Source: Patescibacteria group bacterium
GTDB lineage: Bacteria > Patescibacteriota > Minisyncoccia > UBA6257 > JAAZHW01
NCBI GenBank assembly: GCA_026415775.1
Contig: JAOAGL010000001.1
Span: 270,233-334,232, forward strand
Reading direction: 5' to 3'
Length of the DNA: 64,000 nt
Numbering within the stretch: the first letter of the stretch is position 1; the number at the start of each line of letters is the position of its first letter. Below, one piece after another: positions 1 to 10,300 of this stretch. Below the pieces are notes generated by a model. It saw only the letters and a program-made list of their open reading frames with translations. It ran no database searches and was not told the origin of the DNA. A program made the translations under genes and the position numbers.

Positions 1-200
1 GAAGCAGGGCCTGCAATGGGATAAATTTCAATAATTTCATAAGTATTGGGGTTTTTTAAAATCAGCTTTAATGTTTTTAAATCAACCAGAATGTAGTAAT
101 CATAATAGGAACGAGCGGAAAGAGATTGATGAGCGCAAATAAAAGTAATGATCAGGAAAAGTATTAAAAACAGCCATTTTAAAATTTTTAAAAAACGCAT
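1..200 (-). CDS. Partial secreted or membrane-anchored protein, probably L,D-transpeptidase (YkuD-like); runs off the window edge
   Basis: Manual translation from ATG at 200: MRFLKILKWLFLILFLIITFICAHQSLSARSYYDYYILVDLKTLKLILKNPNTYEIIEIYPIAGPA. Signal-like hydrophobic N-terminus, an I-x-VDL...L-x-L...YPIA pattern like the first strands of YkuD, and a GGAGG SD at 206-210. Confidence 0.55.
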   Translation of the reverse strand, partial: MRFLKILKWLFLILFLIITFICAHQSLSARSYYDYYILVDLKTLKLILKNPNTYEIIEIYPIAGPA

Positions 201-315
201 TTTAACCTCCTTAAAGTTCTAGAATTATATTATTGATTTAATTATTTTTCGCAAGAGATAATTTTATTCTGCTTTTTATTGCGAATTTAATAAAATTTAT
301 TTAAAATTAGATTAT

Positions 316-1374
316 ATGAGAATTATTAGCGGTATACGACCAACAGGTGTTATTCATTTAGGCAATTATTTAGGAGCCATTCGTAATTGGTTGAATTTGC
401 AAAATAAAAAAACCAATCAGTGTCTGTTTTTTGTTGCCGATTACCATAGTTTTACGGATCCACCCGTTTCTCAAAAGGAAAAAACAGAAATGATTGAAAA
501 TATGATGATTGATTTTTTGGCCTTAGGGTTTAACCCCCAAAAATCTATTTTGTTTATTCAATCACAGGTAGAGGAGATTTTGGATATTGCCTGGTTAATT
601 AGTTGTTTAACGCCTATTGGTGAATTGGAGCGAATGACGCAATTTAAGGATAAAAGTCAAAAACAAGCTGGCAATGTTAATGCTGGTCTTTTTACTTATC
701 CTTGTTTAATGGCAGCTGATATTTTAACTTTCAAAGCTGAAGCTGTTCCTGTTGGCGAGGATCAATTGCAGCATTTGGAATTTACTCGCGAAAGCGCCCG
801 TCGATTTAATCGTTGTTTTGTTAAAACATTTCCTGAACCTAAAGCGCTTTTGACGGATGTGCCGCGTTTGATGAGTTTAAAGAATCCTTTGGAAAAAATG
901 TCAAAATCAGACCCAGATTCCTACATCTATGTTTTAGACGACCCCAAAATTATTAATCAACGAATTCGTTCGGCCACTTCTGCGACAAATGAATTTTTTG
1001 AAGGAATTCATTTATCCGCGAATGATTTTGTATTTGAGGTGAGGGCAAGTTACACTAATCATCCCGAAATTGAAAAGATGCAAGCCGCGATTAGAAATTT
1101 ATTATTAATGTATAAAGAATTTTGTCCAAAAGAATTTAAGAAGTTATTTAAAAATGAAAATGAAATCAATATTGAAAATTTGCGCTATGCGGAAATCAAA
1201 AACAATTTAGCTGAAGCCATTGTTGATTATTTTAGCTCGGCGCGCGCAAAAAAATCAGAATATCTTAAAAATAAAAAGAAGGTGATAAAAATTTTTGAAG
1301 AAGGGAGCAAGAAAGCGCGAGAAATAGCTCGGAAAACACTCAAAGAAGTCAAGCAGAAAATAGGTGTAATTTAA
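316..1374 (+). CDS. trpS: Tryptophanyl-tRNA synthetase
   Basis: SGIRPTG, HLGNYLGA (HIGH-like), YPCLMAADIL, VPVGEDQ and KMSKS motifs. Confidence 0.97.
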   Translation: MRIISGIRPTGVIHLGNYLGAIRNWLNLQNKKTNQCLFFVADYHSFTDPPVSQKEKTEMIENMMIDFLALGFNPQKSILFIQSQVEEILDIAWLISCLTPIGELERMTQFKDKSQKQAGNVNAGLFTYPCLMAADILTFKAEAVPVGEDQLQHLEFTRESARRFNRCFVKTFPEPKALLTDVPRLMSLKNPLEKMSKSDPDSYIYVLDDPKIINQRIRSATSATNEFFEGIHLSANDFVFEVRASYTNHPEIEKMQAAIRNLLLMYKEFCPKEFKKLFKNENEINIENLRYAEIKNNLAEAIVDYFSSARAKKSEYLKNKKKVIKIFEEGSKKAREIARKTLKEVKQKIGVI

Positions 1375-1457
1375 TTAATCTTGAAAAAAAACTTTGTTTC
1401 AGTAAGATAAAGCATAAGTTTAATAAGTAAAAAAGTCGTTTCGAAATCTAAATTATT

Positions 1458-1688
1458 ATGGGAGGCGTACCTACAAAACACACTACTCACGGCAAAGTTA
1501 GAAGAAGAAGATCTCATTTAAAACTTCAAGCTACTTCTTTAAAAGCATGCCCTAAATGCGGCGCTGCAATGATGCCGCATCGTTATTGTCCGAACTGCGG
1601 TTATTATAACAAAAAAGAAGTGGTTGATGTTTTAGCTAAGCTTTCGAAAAAAGAGAAAAGAAGTCGTGAAAAAGAGATAAAAAAATAA
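1458..1688 (+). CDS. rpmF: 50S ribosomal protein L32
   Basis: VP-K...RRRSH, CPKCG...PHRYCPNCGYY zinc ribbon. Confidence 0.95.
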   Translation: MGGVPTKHTTHGKVRRRRSHLKLQATSLKACPKCGAAMMPHRYCPNCGYYNKKEVVDVLAKLSKKEKRSREKEIKK

Positions 1689-1702
1689 TTTTTTAAATTA
1701 TT

Positions 1703-2191
1703 ATGGCCACGCGCCATTTCTGCCGCTCAATTCTTTTTCAGTCGCTTTACGAATGGGATTTTTATCGTACTAAAGAAAAAAAAGAAGTTGATTTAATGAA
1801 AATAATTGAGCGGAATATGCAGGATGCTTTGCCATTAATTGATGAGCCAGATTTTGTTTATCGTTTAGCCAAAAATTTAATAGATCACTTTGATGAGATT
1901 GATGATATGATTAGAAAGACAGCGCCAGCGTGGCCATTGGAACAGATTAATTTGACTGATAGAAATATCTTACGATTAGGAATTTCTGAATTAGTCTTTG
2001 GGCCAAAAGATGAAGTGCCGCCGAAGGTGGCTATTAATGAAGCAATTGAATTGGCTAAAACTTTTGGCAGTGAATCATCCAGCAAATTTATTAACGGAGT
2101 ATTGGGCACTATTTATCGTCAGATGATAGATGAAGGATTAATTAAAGAGCAAAAAACTGACAAACAGGTATCCCAAGAAGAACAAAAATAA
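1703..2191 (+). CDS. nusB: Transcription antitermination factor NusB
   Basis: [33 protein letters not shown]. Confidence 0.97.
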   Translation: MATRHFCRSILFQSLYEWDFYRTKEKKEVDLMKIIERNMQDALPLIDEPDFVYRLAKNLIDHFDEIDDMIRKTAPAWPLEQINLTDRNILRLGISELVFGPKDEVPPKVAINEAIELAKTFGSESSSKFINGVLGTIYRQMIDEGLIKEQKTDKQVSQEEQK

Positions 2192-2210
2192 AAAATAAAT
2201 TAAATTCAAA

Positions 2211-2939
2211 ATGGCTAAGGATAAATTTGAACAATTAGCAAAAACACTAAAGTTTAATTTCAAAAAAATTGATTTATTAAAACAGGCCTTCACCCATCGT
2301 TCTTATTTGAATGAAAATCATGAATGGCGTTTGGGTCATAATGAACGTTTGGAATTTTTGGGCGATGCGGTTTTGGAATTAGTAGTGAGTGAATATTTAT
2401 TTAAAAAATATCCAAATGAAAATGAAGGTTTTTTAACAAGTTTGAGAGCAAGTTTGGTTAATGCGGAAACTTTGGCGAGCGTGGCTGACAAATTAAATTT
2501 CGGACATTATGTTTTAGTTTCGCGAGGAGAGGCAAAAGATAATGGCGTTGGCCGTCGTTATATTTTAGCCAATACATTTGAAGCCTTAATTGGTGCTATT
2601 TATTTGGACGGCGGATATAAAAAATGTCAGCAATTTATAGAGAAGTTTTTGATTAAAGATAATTTGGAGAGAATTATTAAAGAAGGAAGTTATAAAGACC
2701 CAAAAAGTTTGCTACAAGAGAAGGCGCAGGCAGAGTTAGGAGTTACGCCTGCCTACAAAACTTTAGATGAGTGGGGTCCTGATCATGCCAAACATTTTCG
2801 TGTCGGTGTATTTTTTTATGATAAATTAGTTGATGAAGGAGAAGGACCTTCAAAACGCATAGCCGAACAAGAGGCTGCAAAAAAAGCTTTAAGTCGACAA
2901 GCATGGCAAGAATTTCAAGACAAAAAGAGGGGAAAGTAA
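2211..2939 (+). CDS. rnc: Ribonuclease III
   Basis: AFTHRS, NERLEFLGDAVL signature, C-terminal dsRBD (DPKSLLQE...GPSKRIAEQEAA). Confidence 0.97.
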   Translation: MAKDKFEQLAKTLKFNFKKIDLLKQAFTHRSYLNENHEWRLGHNERLEFLGDAVLELVVSEYLFKKYPNENEGFLTSLRASLVNAETLASVADKLNFGHYVLVSRGEAKDNGVGRRYILANTFEALIGAIYLDGGYKKCQQFIEKFLIKDNLERIIKEGSYKDPKSLLQEKAQAELGVTPAYKTLDEWGPDHAKHFRVGVFFYDKLVDEGEGPSKRIAEQEAAKKALSRQAWQEFQDKKRGK

Positions 2940-2943
2940 GAAT

Positions 2944-5202
2944 ATGAAGCTTAAATCTTTGGAAATTTTAGGTTTTAAATCCTTCGCAAATAAAACAACC
3001 TTTTCTTTTCCCGCTAACTTTACAGCAATTGTTGGTCCAAATGGCAGCGGCAAATCCAACATTGTTGACGCTATTCGCTGGGTTTTGGGCGAAAGAGATT
3101 TAAAAAAAGTTAGAGTTGCGCATTCCGAAGAGGTAATTTTTAATGGCACGCCAAGCAAAGCCAAAATGTCATTGGCTCAAGTTTCTATTGTTTTGGATAA
3201 CAGCAATAATGAATTGCCTTTAGATTTTAAAGAAGTAGTTGTAACGCGTCGTTTGGAACGCGGTGGTGAGAACCAATATTTTATTAATGATTCACCAGTG
3301 CGGTTAAAAGATGTGGTAGAACTTTTAGCAAAAGCAAAGATAGGAAGCGAGGGTCTAACTATTATTAATCAAGGATTAACCGATGCTTTATTGCGCGCCT
3401 CACCGAAAGAGCGGAGAATTATGATTGAAGAAAATTTGGGATTGCGCGAACTTCAGTTAAAAAAGGAAGATGCAAAAAGGAAATTAGAAAATAGTCAGAT
3501 TAATTTGGATAAAACACAAGCATTATTAGAAGAACTTAAGCCTCACCTAAGATCTTTAAGGCGTCAGATTAATCGTTGGCAAAAAAGAGAAGAAATTTTA
3601 AAAATTTTATCTTTGTTGGAAAATGCTTATTATTCGGCTAGTTTCAAGGAGATATACTCATTAAAAAATTTATTGCAAGAAGAAAGAAAAAAAATAGAAG
3701 ATGAAAAAATAAGCGAAGAAACAAAACTGCGAGAATTAGAAAAAAATTTTGAAGAATTGGAGAAAAAGCGACCGGATTTTTCCCAACAATTTCAAAATCT
3801 AAGAAAACAAATTGATGAATTAGAACAGCAAAAAGGAATGTTATTAAAAAACCTTGGTCATTTAGAGGGTCAAATTGAAGGATTAAAACGATTTACTCCA
3901 GAAGTTAAAAACCAACCCAGCTTAAATCAATTAATTGATACTATTAAAAATATTAGAGAGGAATTAATAAATGTCCTAAATTTAGATGTGGAAAAAACAA
4001 AAATAATTATAAAAAAGATTATTGAACGCATCGATGAGATTTTCAAAGAGCCTCAATTAAATTCTAATAATGAAGAAATTCAAAAATTAGAAAATGAGAA
4101 AAATAAAATTAATCAGCAAATAGAAAATTTTAATCAAAAAATTTTAGAATATAATCAACAACTTGATGAGCTGCGTAAAAAAGATGAAGAGGTTGGTAAA
4201 GACTCCCACGGCGTTTTATTAGAAATTCAAAAACAGCGTTCATTAGTTCATCAATTGGAGCAGAAAATCAATGAAATATTTTTGAAAGAAGAGAAAAACA
4301 AACTAAAAGAAGCGGATTTGCTGATGAAACTTAAGGAAGCGGGGTTGAATAGCGAAGATTTTCAATGGGAGAAAATAAAAGATTTTGATGTTGAAAGAAT
4401 TTTCAAAGATAACAATATCTCTAATCTTGAAGATTTGGAAATGCGGATTATAAGAATGAGACGGGATTTAGCAACAATAGGCGAGATTGATGAGTTAACT
4501 TTGAAGGAAGCAAAAGAAACAGAAGAGCGTTATCAATTTTTATCGCAGCAATCTGAAGATTTAATCAAAGCCATTGCTGATTTAAAAACTATTATTGAGG
4601 AATTAACCGAGCGCATTGATAAACAATTTTCTGAATCACTAAAAATTATTAACGAGGAATTCAATAAGTATTTTCGTATGATGTTTGGTGGCGGCAGAGC
4701 AAAATTGGCCGTTACCAAAATTATTAAGAGACAGAGAAAAGAAAAAAACGACAATAATAATGGTGCAAATGAAGAACAACAGAAGGAAATTGCGGGAGAA
4801 GCCGTGGCCGTGACGGATGGCGAGAATAAAGAAGTTGAAGAAAAAGAGCCTGAATTTGAAATTGGTTTAGAAATTTTTGTTGATTTGCCAAAAAAGAAAA
4901 TAAAAAGTTTGGAAATGTTGTCTGGCGGAGAACGCAGTTTAGTTTCAATTAGTGTTTTGTTTGCTATCGTTTCGGCGATGCAGCCGCCATTTGTTGTTTT
5001 GGATGAGGTTGATGCGGCTTTGGACGAAATGAATGCGAGGCGCTTTGCTAAAATTTTAGGAGATTTAGTTGATACAACGCAATTTATTGTTGTTACTCAT
5101 AATCGCGCCACAATGGAAATGGCACAAATCCTTTATGGTATTTCAATGGCTGAAGAAGGAATTTCCAAGGCTGTTTCTCTTAAATTGGAAGAAGCGGAAT
5201 AA
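2944..5202 (+). CDS. smc: SMC-family ATPase, short form
   Basis: GFKSFA, Walker A GPNGSGKSN, coiled coil, LSGGE signature, Walker B LDEVDAALD; follows rnc as is usual for smc. Confidence 0.9.
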   Translation: MKLKSLEILGFKSFANKTTFSFPANFTAIVGPNGSGKSNIVDAIRWVLGERDLKKVRVAHSEEVIFNGTPSKAKMSLAQVSIVLDNSNNELPLDFKEVVVTRRLERGGENQYFINDSPVRLKDVVELLAKAKIGSEGLTIINQGLTDALLRASPKERRIMIEENLGLRELQLKKEDAKRKLENSQINLDKTQALLEELKPHLRSLRRQINRWQKREEILKILSLLENAYYSASFKEIYSLKNLLQEERKKIEDEKISEETKLRELEKNFEELEKKRPDFSQQFQNLRKQIDELEQQKGMLLKNLGHLEGQIEGLKRFTPEVKNQPSLNQLIDTIKNIREELINVLNLDVEKTKIIIKKIIERIDEIFKEPQLNSNNEEIQKLENEKNKINQQIENFNQKILEYNQQLDELRKKDEEVGKDSHGVLLEIQKQRSLVHQLEQKINEIFLKEEKNKLKEADLLMKLKEAGLNSEDFQWEKIKDFDVERIFKDNNISNLEDLEMRIIRMRRDLATIGEIDELTLKEAKETEERYQFLSQQSEDLIKAIADLKTIIEELTERIDKQFSESLKIINEEFNKYFRMMFGGGRAKLAVTKIIKRQRKEKNDNNNGANEEQQKEIAGEAVAVTDGENKEVEEKEPEFEIGLEIFVDLPKKKIKSLEMLSGGERSLVSISVLFAIVSAMQPPFVVLDEVDAALDEMNARRFAKILGDLVDTTQFIVVTHNRATMEMAQILYGISMAEEGISKAVSLKLEEAE

Positions 5203-5256
5203 CCATTTTTATTTTTTTATTTATCAACTTTTACCAATACCAATTTAAAAAGATTA

Positions 5257-5296
5257 TTACTTAACAATCTTGACGATCGTCAAGATTGTTAAGTAA
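5257..5296. repeat. Perfect 40-bp palindrome (copy 1), overlapping a likely promoter
   Basis: TTACTTAACAATCTTGACGA|TCGTCAAGATTGTTAAGTAA is its own reverse complement; TTGACG (5270-5275) N18 TAAAAT (5294-5299) overlaps it. Confidence 0.95.
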
Positions 5297-5405
5297 AATA
5301 TAAATTATAAATTAATAGTACAAATAAGCGTTTTAATAAATTAGAGCAATTTAAAATTAGAAAATAAAACGAGCGAAATAAAAATGAAATACAAAACAAA
5401 AGACA

Positions 5406-5987
5406 ATGCCAAGAGAAACAATTACTTTTAAAATTTTTGAAATTTTATCAGACGGAGCTAAAACGATGGATAATTTAATGTTTATCTTTTTTAACGGTTA
5501 TCGCCGTTCTTATAAACAAGCTCTAAAACAACGATGGCAGAAATATATAGAGTCAAAAAAGAAAGAGGATTTAAAAAAGATAAAGAACAATTTTTACGTA
5601 TTATTAAATAGATTAGAAAAACAAGGTTTTATTATAAAAAAGAAAGATAAAACGCAGAAAAAGAATTTATGGTTGCTTACCCCTGCTGGTAGAAAAAAGG
5701 CAAAAATGTTAATTGCTCAAACCAATTTTTTATTTGATTATCCTCATGAAAATGATGGAAAATTAAGGATTATTATTTTTGATATTCCAGAAAAAGAACG
5801 GTTTAAGCGCAATTGGTTAAGAGCAATACTTACTTATTTAGATTTTAAAATGCTTCAAAAAAGCGTGTGGATTGGTACTAATAAGATTCCTGAACGTTTT
5901 ATTTATGATTTGAAAAAATTTAACGTTTTGCCTTATGTTCATATTTTTGAAGTGAGCCAGAGCGGTACAATTGAAACAAAAAAATAA
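5406..5987 (+). CDS. PaaX-family protein: winged-helix N-terminal part plus Cas2-like C-terminal domain
   Basis: LNRLEKQGFI...WLLTPAG (wHTH wing) followed by IIIFDIPEKERFKRNWLR...FKMLQKSVWI (PaaX-central/Cas2-like fold). Confidence 0.8.
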   Translation: MPRETITFKIFEILSDGAKTMDNLMFIFFNGYRRSYKQALKQRWQKYIESKKKEDLKKIKNNFYVLLNRLEKQGFIIKKKDKTQKKNLWLLTPAGRKKAKMLIAQTNFLFDYPHENDGKLRIIIFDIPEKERFKRNWLRAILTYLDFKMLQKSVWIGTNKIPERFIYDLKKFNVLPYVHIFEVSQSGTIETKK

Positions 5988-6017
5988 ATAAAATATTAAA
6001 TTTACTTTTTGATTTTG

Positions 6018-6051
6018 CTTAACTTTCTTGACGATCGTCAGAAAAGTTAAG
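6018..6051. repeat. Near-perfect 34-bp palindrome (copy 2)
   Basis: CTTAACTTTCTTGACGA|TCGTCAGAAAAGTTAAG, 2 mismatched pairs; shares CTTAAC..TCTTGACGATCGTCA....GTTAAG with copy 1. Confidence 0.93.
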
Positions 6052-6137
6052 TGAGGTGAGATAGGGGAGAAATTAATATAATAAAATATAATAAAGGAGG
6101 AGTAAAAAAGGTAAATAAAAAAACAATAAATAATGTT

Positions 6138-6165
6138 TTGACTTTTGAGATTATTTGTTTATAAT
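6138..6165 (+). promoter_or_regulatory. Probable sigma70 promoter of rpsP
   Basis: TTGACT-N16-TATAAT. Confidence 0.6.
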
Positions 6166-6213
6166 TAATTTTATTGAATTAACGATTGCGTCGCTTAATC
6201 TATTAGCCTTTTT

Positions 6214-6561
6214 ATGTTAGTTATAAGATTAAAACCGGTTGGAAAAAAACATCAAATTTCTTTCCGTATTGTTGTAGCTGAAAGACGTTCTAAATTAAAT
6301 GGGCGTTATAAAGAAGACCTCGGTTTTTATAATCCTTCAACTGATAAATTTTCAGTAAATAAAGAGCGCGCTAAGTATTGGTTATCAATTGGCGCTCAGC
6401 CATCAGAAACTGTTTATAATATTTTTGTAGCAGCGGGAGTTATCGAAGGACCCAAGAAGACAATTAAAATAAAAGAAGCAAAGAAAGAAGAGGGAGGTGC
6501 TGCAGTTGAAAACAAAACCAATAATGAAAATAATTCAACCAACGAAAGTAGTGCTCAATAA
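6214..6561 (+). CDS. rpsP: 30S ribosomal protein S16
   Basis: MLVIRL, FRIVVAE, LGFYNP, WLSIGAQPSETV. Confidence 0.96.
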   Translation: MLVIRLKPVGKKHQISFRIVVAERRSKLNGRYKEDLGFYNPSTDKFSVNKERAKYWLSIGAQPSETVYNIFVAAGVIEGPKKTIKIKEAKKEEGGAAVENKTNNENNSTNESSAQ

Positions 6562-6589
6562 TTCAAATTGTCGTTAAAAATTTATTCTA

Positions 6590-7120
6590 ATGGAAAACAA
6601 AAAAATTTTATTCGTTGTTGCCTTCAAAGATTTTCGTGATGAGGAATTTTTTGAGCCGAAAGAAATTTTAGAGAAGGCGGGTTTTCAAATTGAAGTAGCG
6701 AGTACTGATAGAGGTGTGGCGCAGGGTGTTAATGGTGGTGAAGCAAAAGTGGATTTTTTAGACAACGAAGTTAATGTTGATGATTATGAAGCGGTGGTTT
6801 TTGTTGGCGGAGCGGGTGCGACGCGCAATATTGAGAATTCACGTTTTCATAAAATTGCGCGGGAGGCTTTTGAAAAAAATAAAATTGTGGCGGCAATTTG
6901 TATTGCGCCTTTAATTTTAGCGCGCGCTGGGATTTTGGAAAATAAAAAAGTAACCGTTTGGACGAGTGCTTTAGATAGAAGGCCGATTCAGGCGTTAAAA
7001 GATGGGGGAGCGAGTTATGAAAATAAATCAGTTGTAGTTGATGGGAATGTTATTACGGCAAATGGTCCGCAATCGGCTAAAGAATTCGGCAAGGCTATTT
7101 TGAAACAGTTAAAGAAATAA
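6590..7120 (+). CDS. DJ-1/PfpI family protein
   Basis: FRDEE, VFVGG, AAICIAP nucleophile elbow, VVVDGNVITANGP. Confidence 0.93.
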   Translation: MENKKILFVVAFKDFRDEEFFEPKEILEKAGFQIEVASTDRGVAQGVNGGEAKVDFLDNEVNVDDYEAVVFVGGAGATRNIENSRFHKIAREAFEKNKIVAAICIAPLILARAGILENKKVTVWTSALDRRPIQALKDGGASYENKSVVVDGNVITANGPQSAKEFGKAILKQLKK

Positions 7121-7142
7121 AAAAAGAAAAAGAAATTTTGAG

Positions 7143-7177
7143 GGCGGCGGCTGCTTTTTAGCAGCCGCCGCCTTTTT
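7143..7177 (+). terminator. Rho-independent terminator
   Basis: GGCGGCGGCTGCT-TTTT-AGCAGCCGCCGCC perfect 13-bp stem followed by TTTTT. Confidence 0.88.
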
Positions 7178-7229
7178 ACCCTTACAACCCAAAATAAATA
7201 CTTTAATTTCTAACTCATTTTCAGTTTAT

Positions 7230-7238
7230 TTATCCACA
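7230..7238 (+). promoter_or_regulatory. Consensus DnaA box upstream of the giant pilin-like gene
   Basis: TTATCCACA exact match, intergenic, just upstream of TGTTATAAT (7264-7272). Confidence 0.5.
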
Positions 7239-7324
7239 ACCCCTCCATTCTTGACAATTTTTGTGTTATAATATTTTTGAATGGGATTAAAACGCTTATT
7301 TTAAGCAATTATTTTAAAAATTTT

Positions 7325-10300
7325 ATGTCATTTTTTGATAAAAAAATTAGTTCCAAAGCATTCACCTTAATTGAAATTTTAATCTACACAGCAATTTTTG
7401 GCGTTGTGGCTGCTGGTATTATCGGTGTTGCGTGGAACATCACGCGTCTTCACACAACCCAAATTGCTTCTAATGAAATTGATGAAAATTTGCGTTATGT
7501 AATGAATTTAGTAAATTCTAAAGTTCGTGAGGCTTCACTGATTGTACAGGCAAGTGGAACGACTTTAATTTTGCGGATGCCCGATTCACTAAAAAGTCCT
7601 ACAACATTTTCTTTAAACAATGGCACTTTATACATTCAAGAAGGAAGCGCTGATCCTGTAGCAATTACTTCCAATCGTGTTGAGGTTACTTCTTTGAATT
7701 TTGAATATATAAGCGTTGCTGGTAGTAAGGGTGGCGTGCGAGTTAATATTGCGATGGCATACAAAGAGCAGCCAGGTATTGCTTCGCGTGAATACATCAC
7801 AACAGTTACTAAGGTTAATGCCATCGTTTTTGATTCAGACATTATACCAGATGTAACTAATTCAAGAAGTGTTGGTATTAATACGGCGCAATGGAAGGAT
7901 GGTTATTTTTCTAGAAATGTAATAGTTGGCGGCGATGTTTCATCAACCGGTTTTATTATCGGTGGAGCTGGTCTTTGTATGGGAACTGATTGTCGTACTT
8001 CTTGGGGTCAGGTTACAGGCGTTACTGGTTCCGGCACACAAAATTATATTGCTAAATGGACCTCTTCTGGCTCTATTGGTAATTCGCAAATTTTTGATAA
8101 TGGGACTAATGTGGGTATTGGGACGACAAGTCCCAATGTAAAATTACATATTTCGAATACTACGGCAGGAATAAACGAACTATTGCGTTTAGCTTATAAC
8201 AATTCAGTGGGTTCAGGAGCGAGATTATCATGGTGGGCAGGAGATACCGTGTCAGAAACGGGGCGGATAGAAAACTTTGTAGATGCAGGAAATCAAGTGA
8301 GTTTAAGATTTTATACTTATAATTCTGGACTCGGTGAAAGAATGCGCATTACAGCTGCTGGTAATGTTGGTATCGGCACAGCATCTCCTCCTTCTCTTCT
8401 TTCCGTCGGCGCATCATCGCAATTTCAAGTTAATTCTTCTGGTGATATAGTTAAAATCAAAAACCTTACTTATTCCTGGCCATCCTCTCATGCTGTCGGA
8501 TTTCTTAAAAACGACGGCTCGGGTAATTTAACTTGGGATACTTCTGGCGCAGTTGGCGGCACAGGTTCAGCTGGCCAAGTGGCTTTTTGGTCCTCAACAA
8601 CAACGATAACAGGCGATAGCGGTTTTTATTGGGATAATACTAACAAAAGATTAGGTTTAGGCACAACTGCACCTGGTCAACGTTTATCTGTTGTTGGCGA
8701 TATTGGTTTATCTGGTGGCGATCGTTTTATTGGCACAACCGACGCCTATGGTTTAAGCATCAGAACAAACAATACCAATAGAATTTTCATTTCCGCTGAT
8801 GGTAATGTCGGTATTGGTACTACTTCGCCAAGCAGAACATTAGATGTTCATGGTATTGCGCAATTACGCGGCGCTGCCGGCGGCACTGGTTTATTTGTTG
8901 ATTCTGGTGGTAATGTGGGTATTGGGACGACAAGTCCAGCATTTAAACTTGATGTTAGTGGATCAGCTCGAGTTACCAATGTATTTAAAGAAGGCAATTG
9001 GCGTCACGTACTTTCTTCTTATGTTACTGCTACCCCTACTAATGGTGTTTTGTTAACTACCGCCATTCCTTATGATGGTGTTACAAATAGAGGAATGCAT
9101 GGTATTCGGGTGATGGGATATGCCTTTGGAGAGTCTAGACCTATAGATTTTGAAGTGGTATTTTATCTTTATACTTCTGGTTTTAATAGCTACGGCTGGA
9201 CAAATTATGGAGCTCATGACCCAGGAACAATTAAACTTTCTTATGAAGGTAATGTTGTTAAATTATGGTGGTCTTCTAAAGTTTATTATGCTAGTTATGA
9301 AATATTTACAAAAAGTCATGGAGCACTTGGCCAAAACGATTCATGGTTTGAGGGGTGGACCATCACTGATGCAGTAGCTCCTACTTCAAATGTTGTAGAT
9401 GTTCCATATCGAAATGCAATGCCTTATGGACTTGCAATGCGCGGCAATATTAATTTAAATGGAAATTGGCTTTCTGGAGACGGAGATAATGAGGGTGTTT
9501 ATATAAATGCTTCAGGTAATGTTGGTATTGGAGCAACAAGTCCATCATATCGATTAGATGTAGCTGGTGATATTAATACATCAGGTTATTTTAGAGGTAA
9601 TGGTTCCCAAATAACTAATTTAAATGCTTCTAATTTAACAAGTGGTATTGTGCCTGCAGCACGACTTTCATCTACGCAAGCTTATTATACTTTAGATCCG
9701 ATTTTTCCAAAAACAAATCAGCAACATACAACTTTAGGAGGAGCGACAATTGGTGAAATTGCTTTGTCGTCTGCTTATGTTCAAAATAAATTGCAATTTG
9801 TTTTACCTTATAGTATTGAATATACAACCAATGGAACAACCTGGAATACTTATCCTGATCCAGTTGATAGTGATACAGTTAAAAAAATGTTTTTGGGTTA
9901 TAACGCCGGGGGTAAAATTTATCTCCGTGGTCCCAATAATGGAAATTGGCTTGGTTTGCGCATAACATGGCAGGCACCTTCGTATTATTTCTTGAATTAT
10001 TTCTATACTTACATGAGTACTTCAGGACATCAATGTGCAATTACAATAGAAAAGACATATGGAGATGATTTGAATACATGGATTACTGTTGCTACAACGA
10101 CTAATTTTTCTAGTTGGCCTGGGCATACTCTTGTTCCTCATTCGAATATTGCGTGGAATCCGACACCTACTCCAGGTACTCATTCTAAATATGTACGAGT
10201 GACTTTTACTCCCACATGGAATGGATCTTATCCTAATAATAATATTGATATTTATGCAATAGATTGGTTTGGAGAATATCCAGCTAATATCAAACCCATG

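Noticed and set aside
5257-6051. CRISPR array or CRISPR-Cas locus
   Set aside because: Only two non-identical repeats ~720 bp apart with a gene between them; no spacer-length units and no cas1 or effector genes.
6092-6101. SD-like AAAGGAGGAG after the second palindrome
   Set aside because: No start codon at a suitable distance; it is part of a purine-rich tract.
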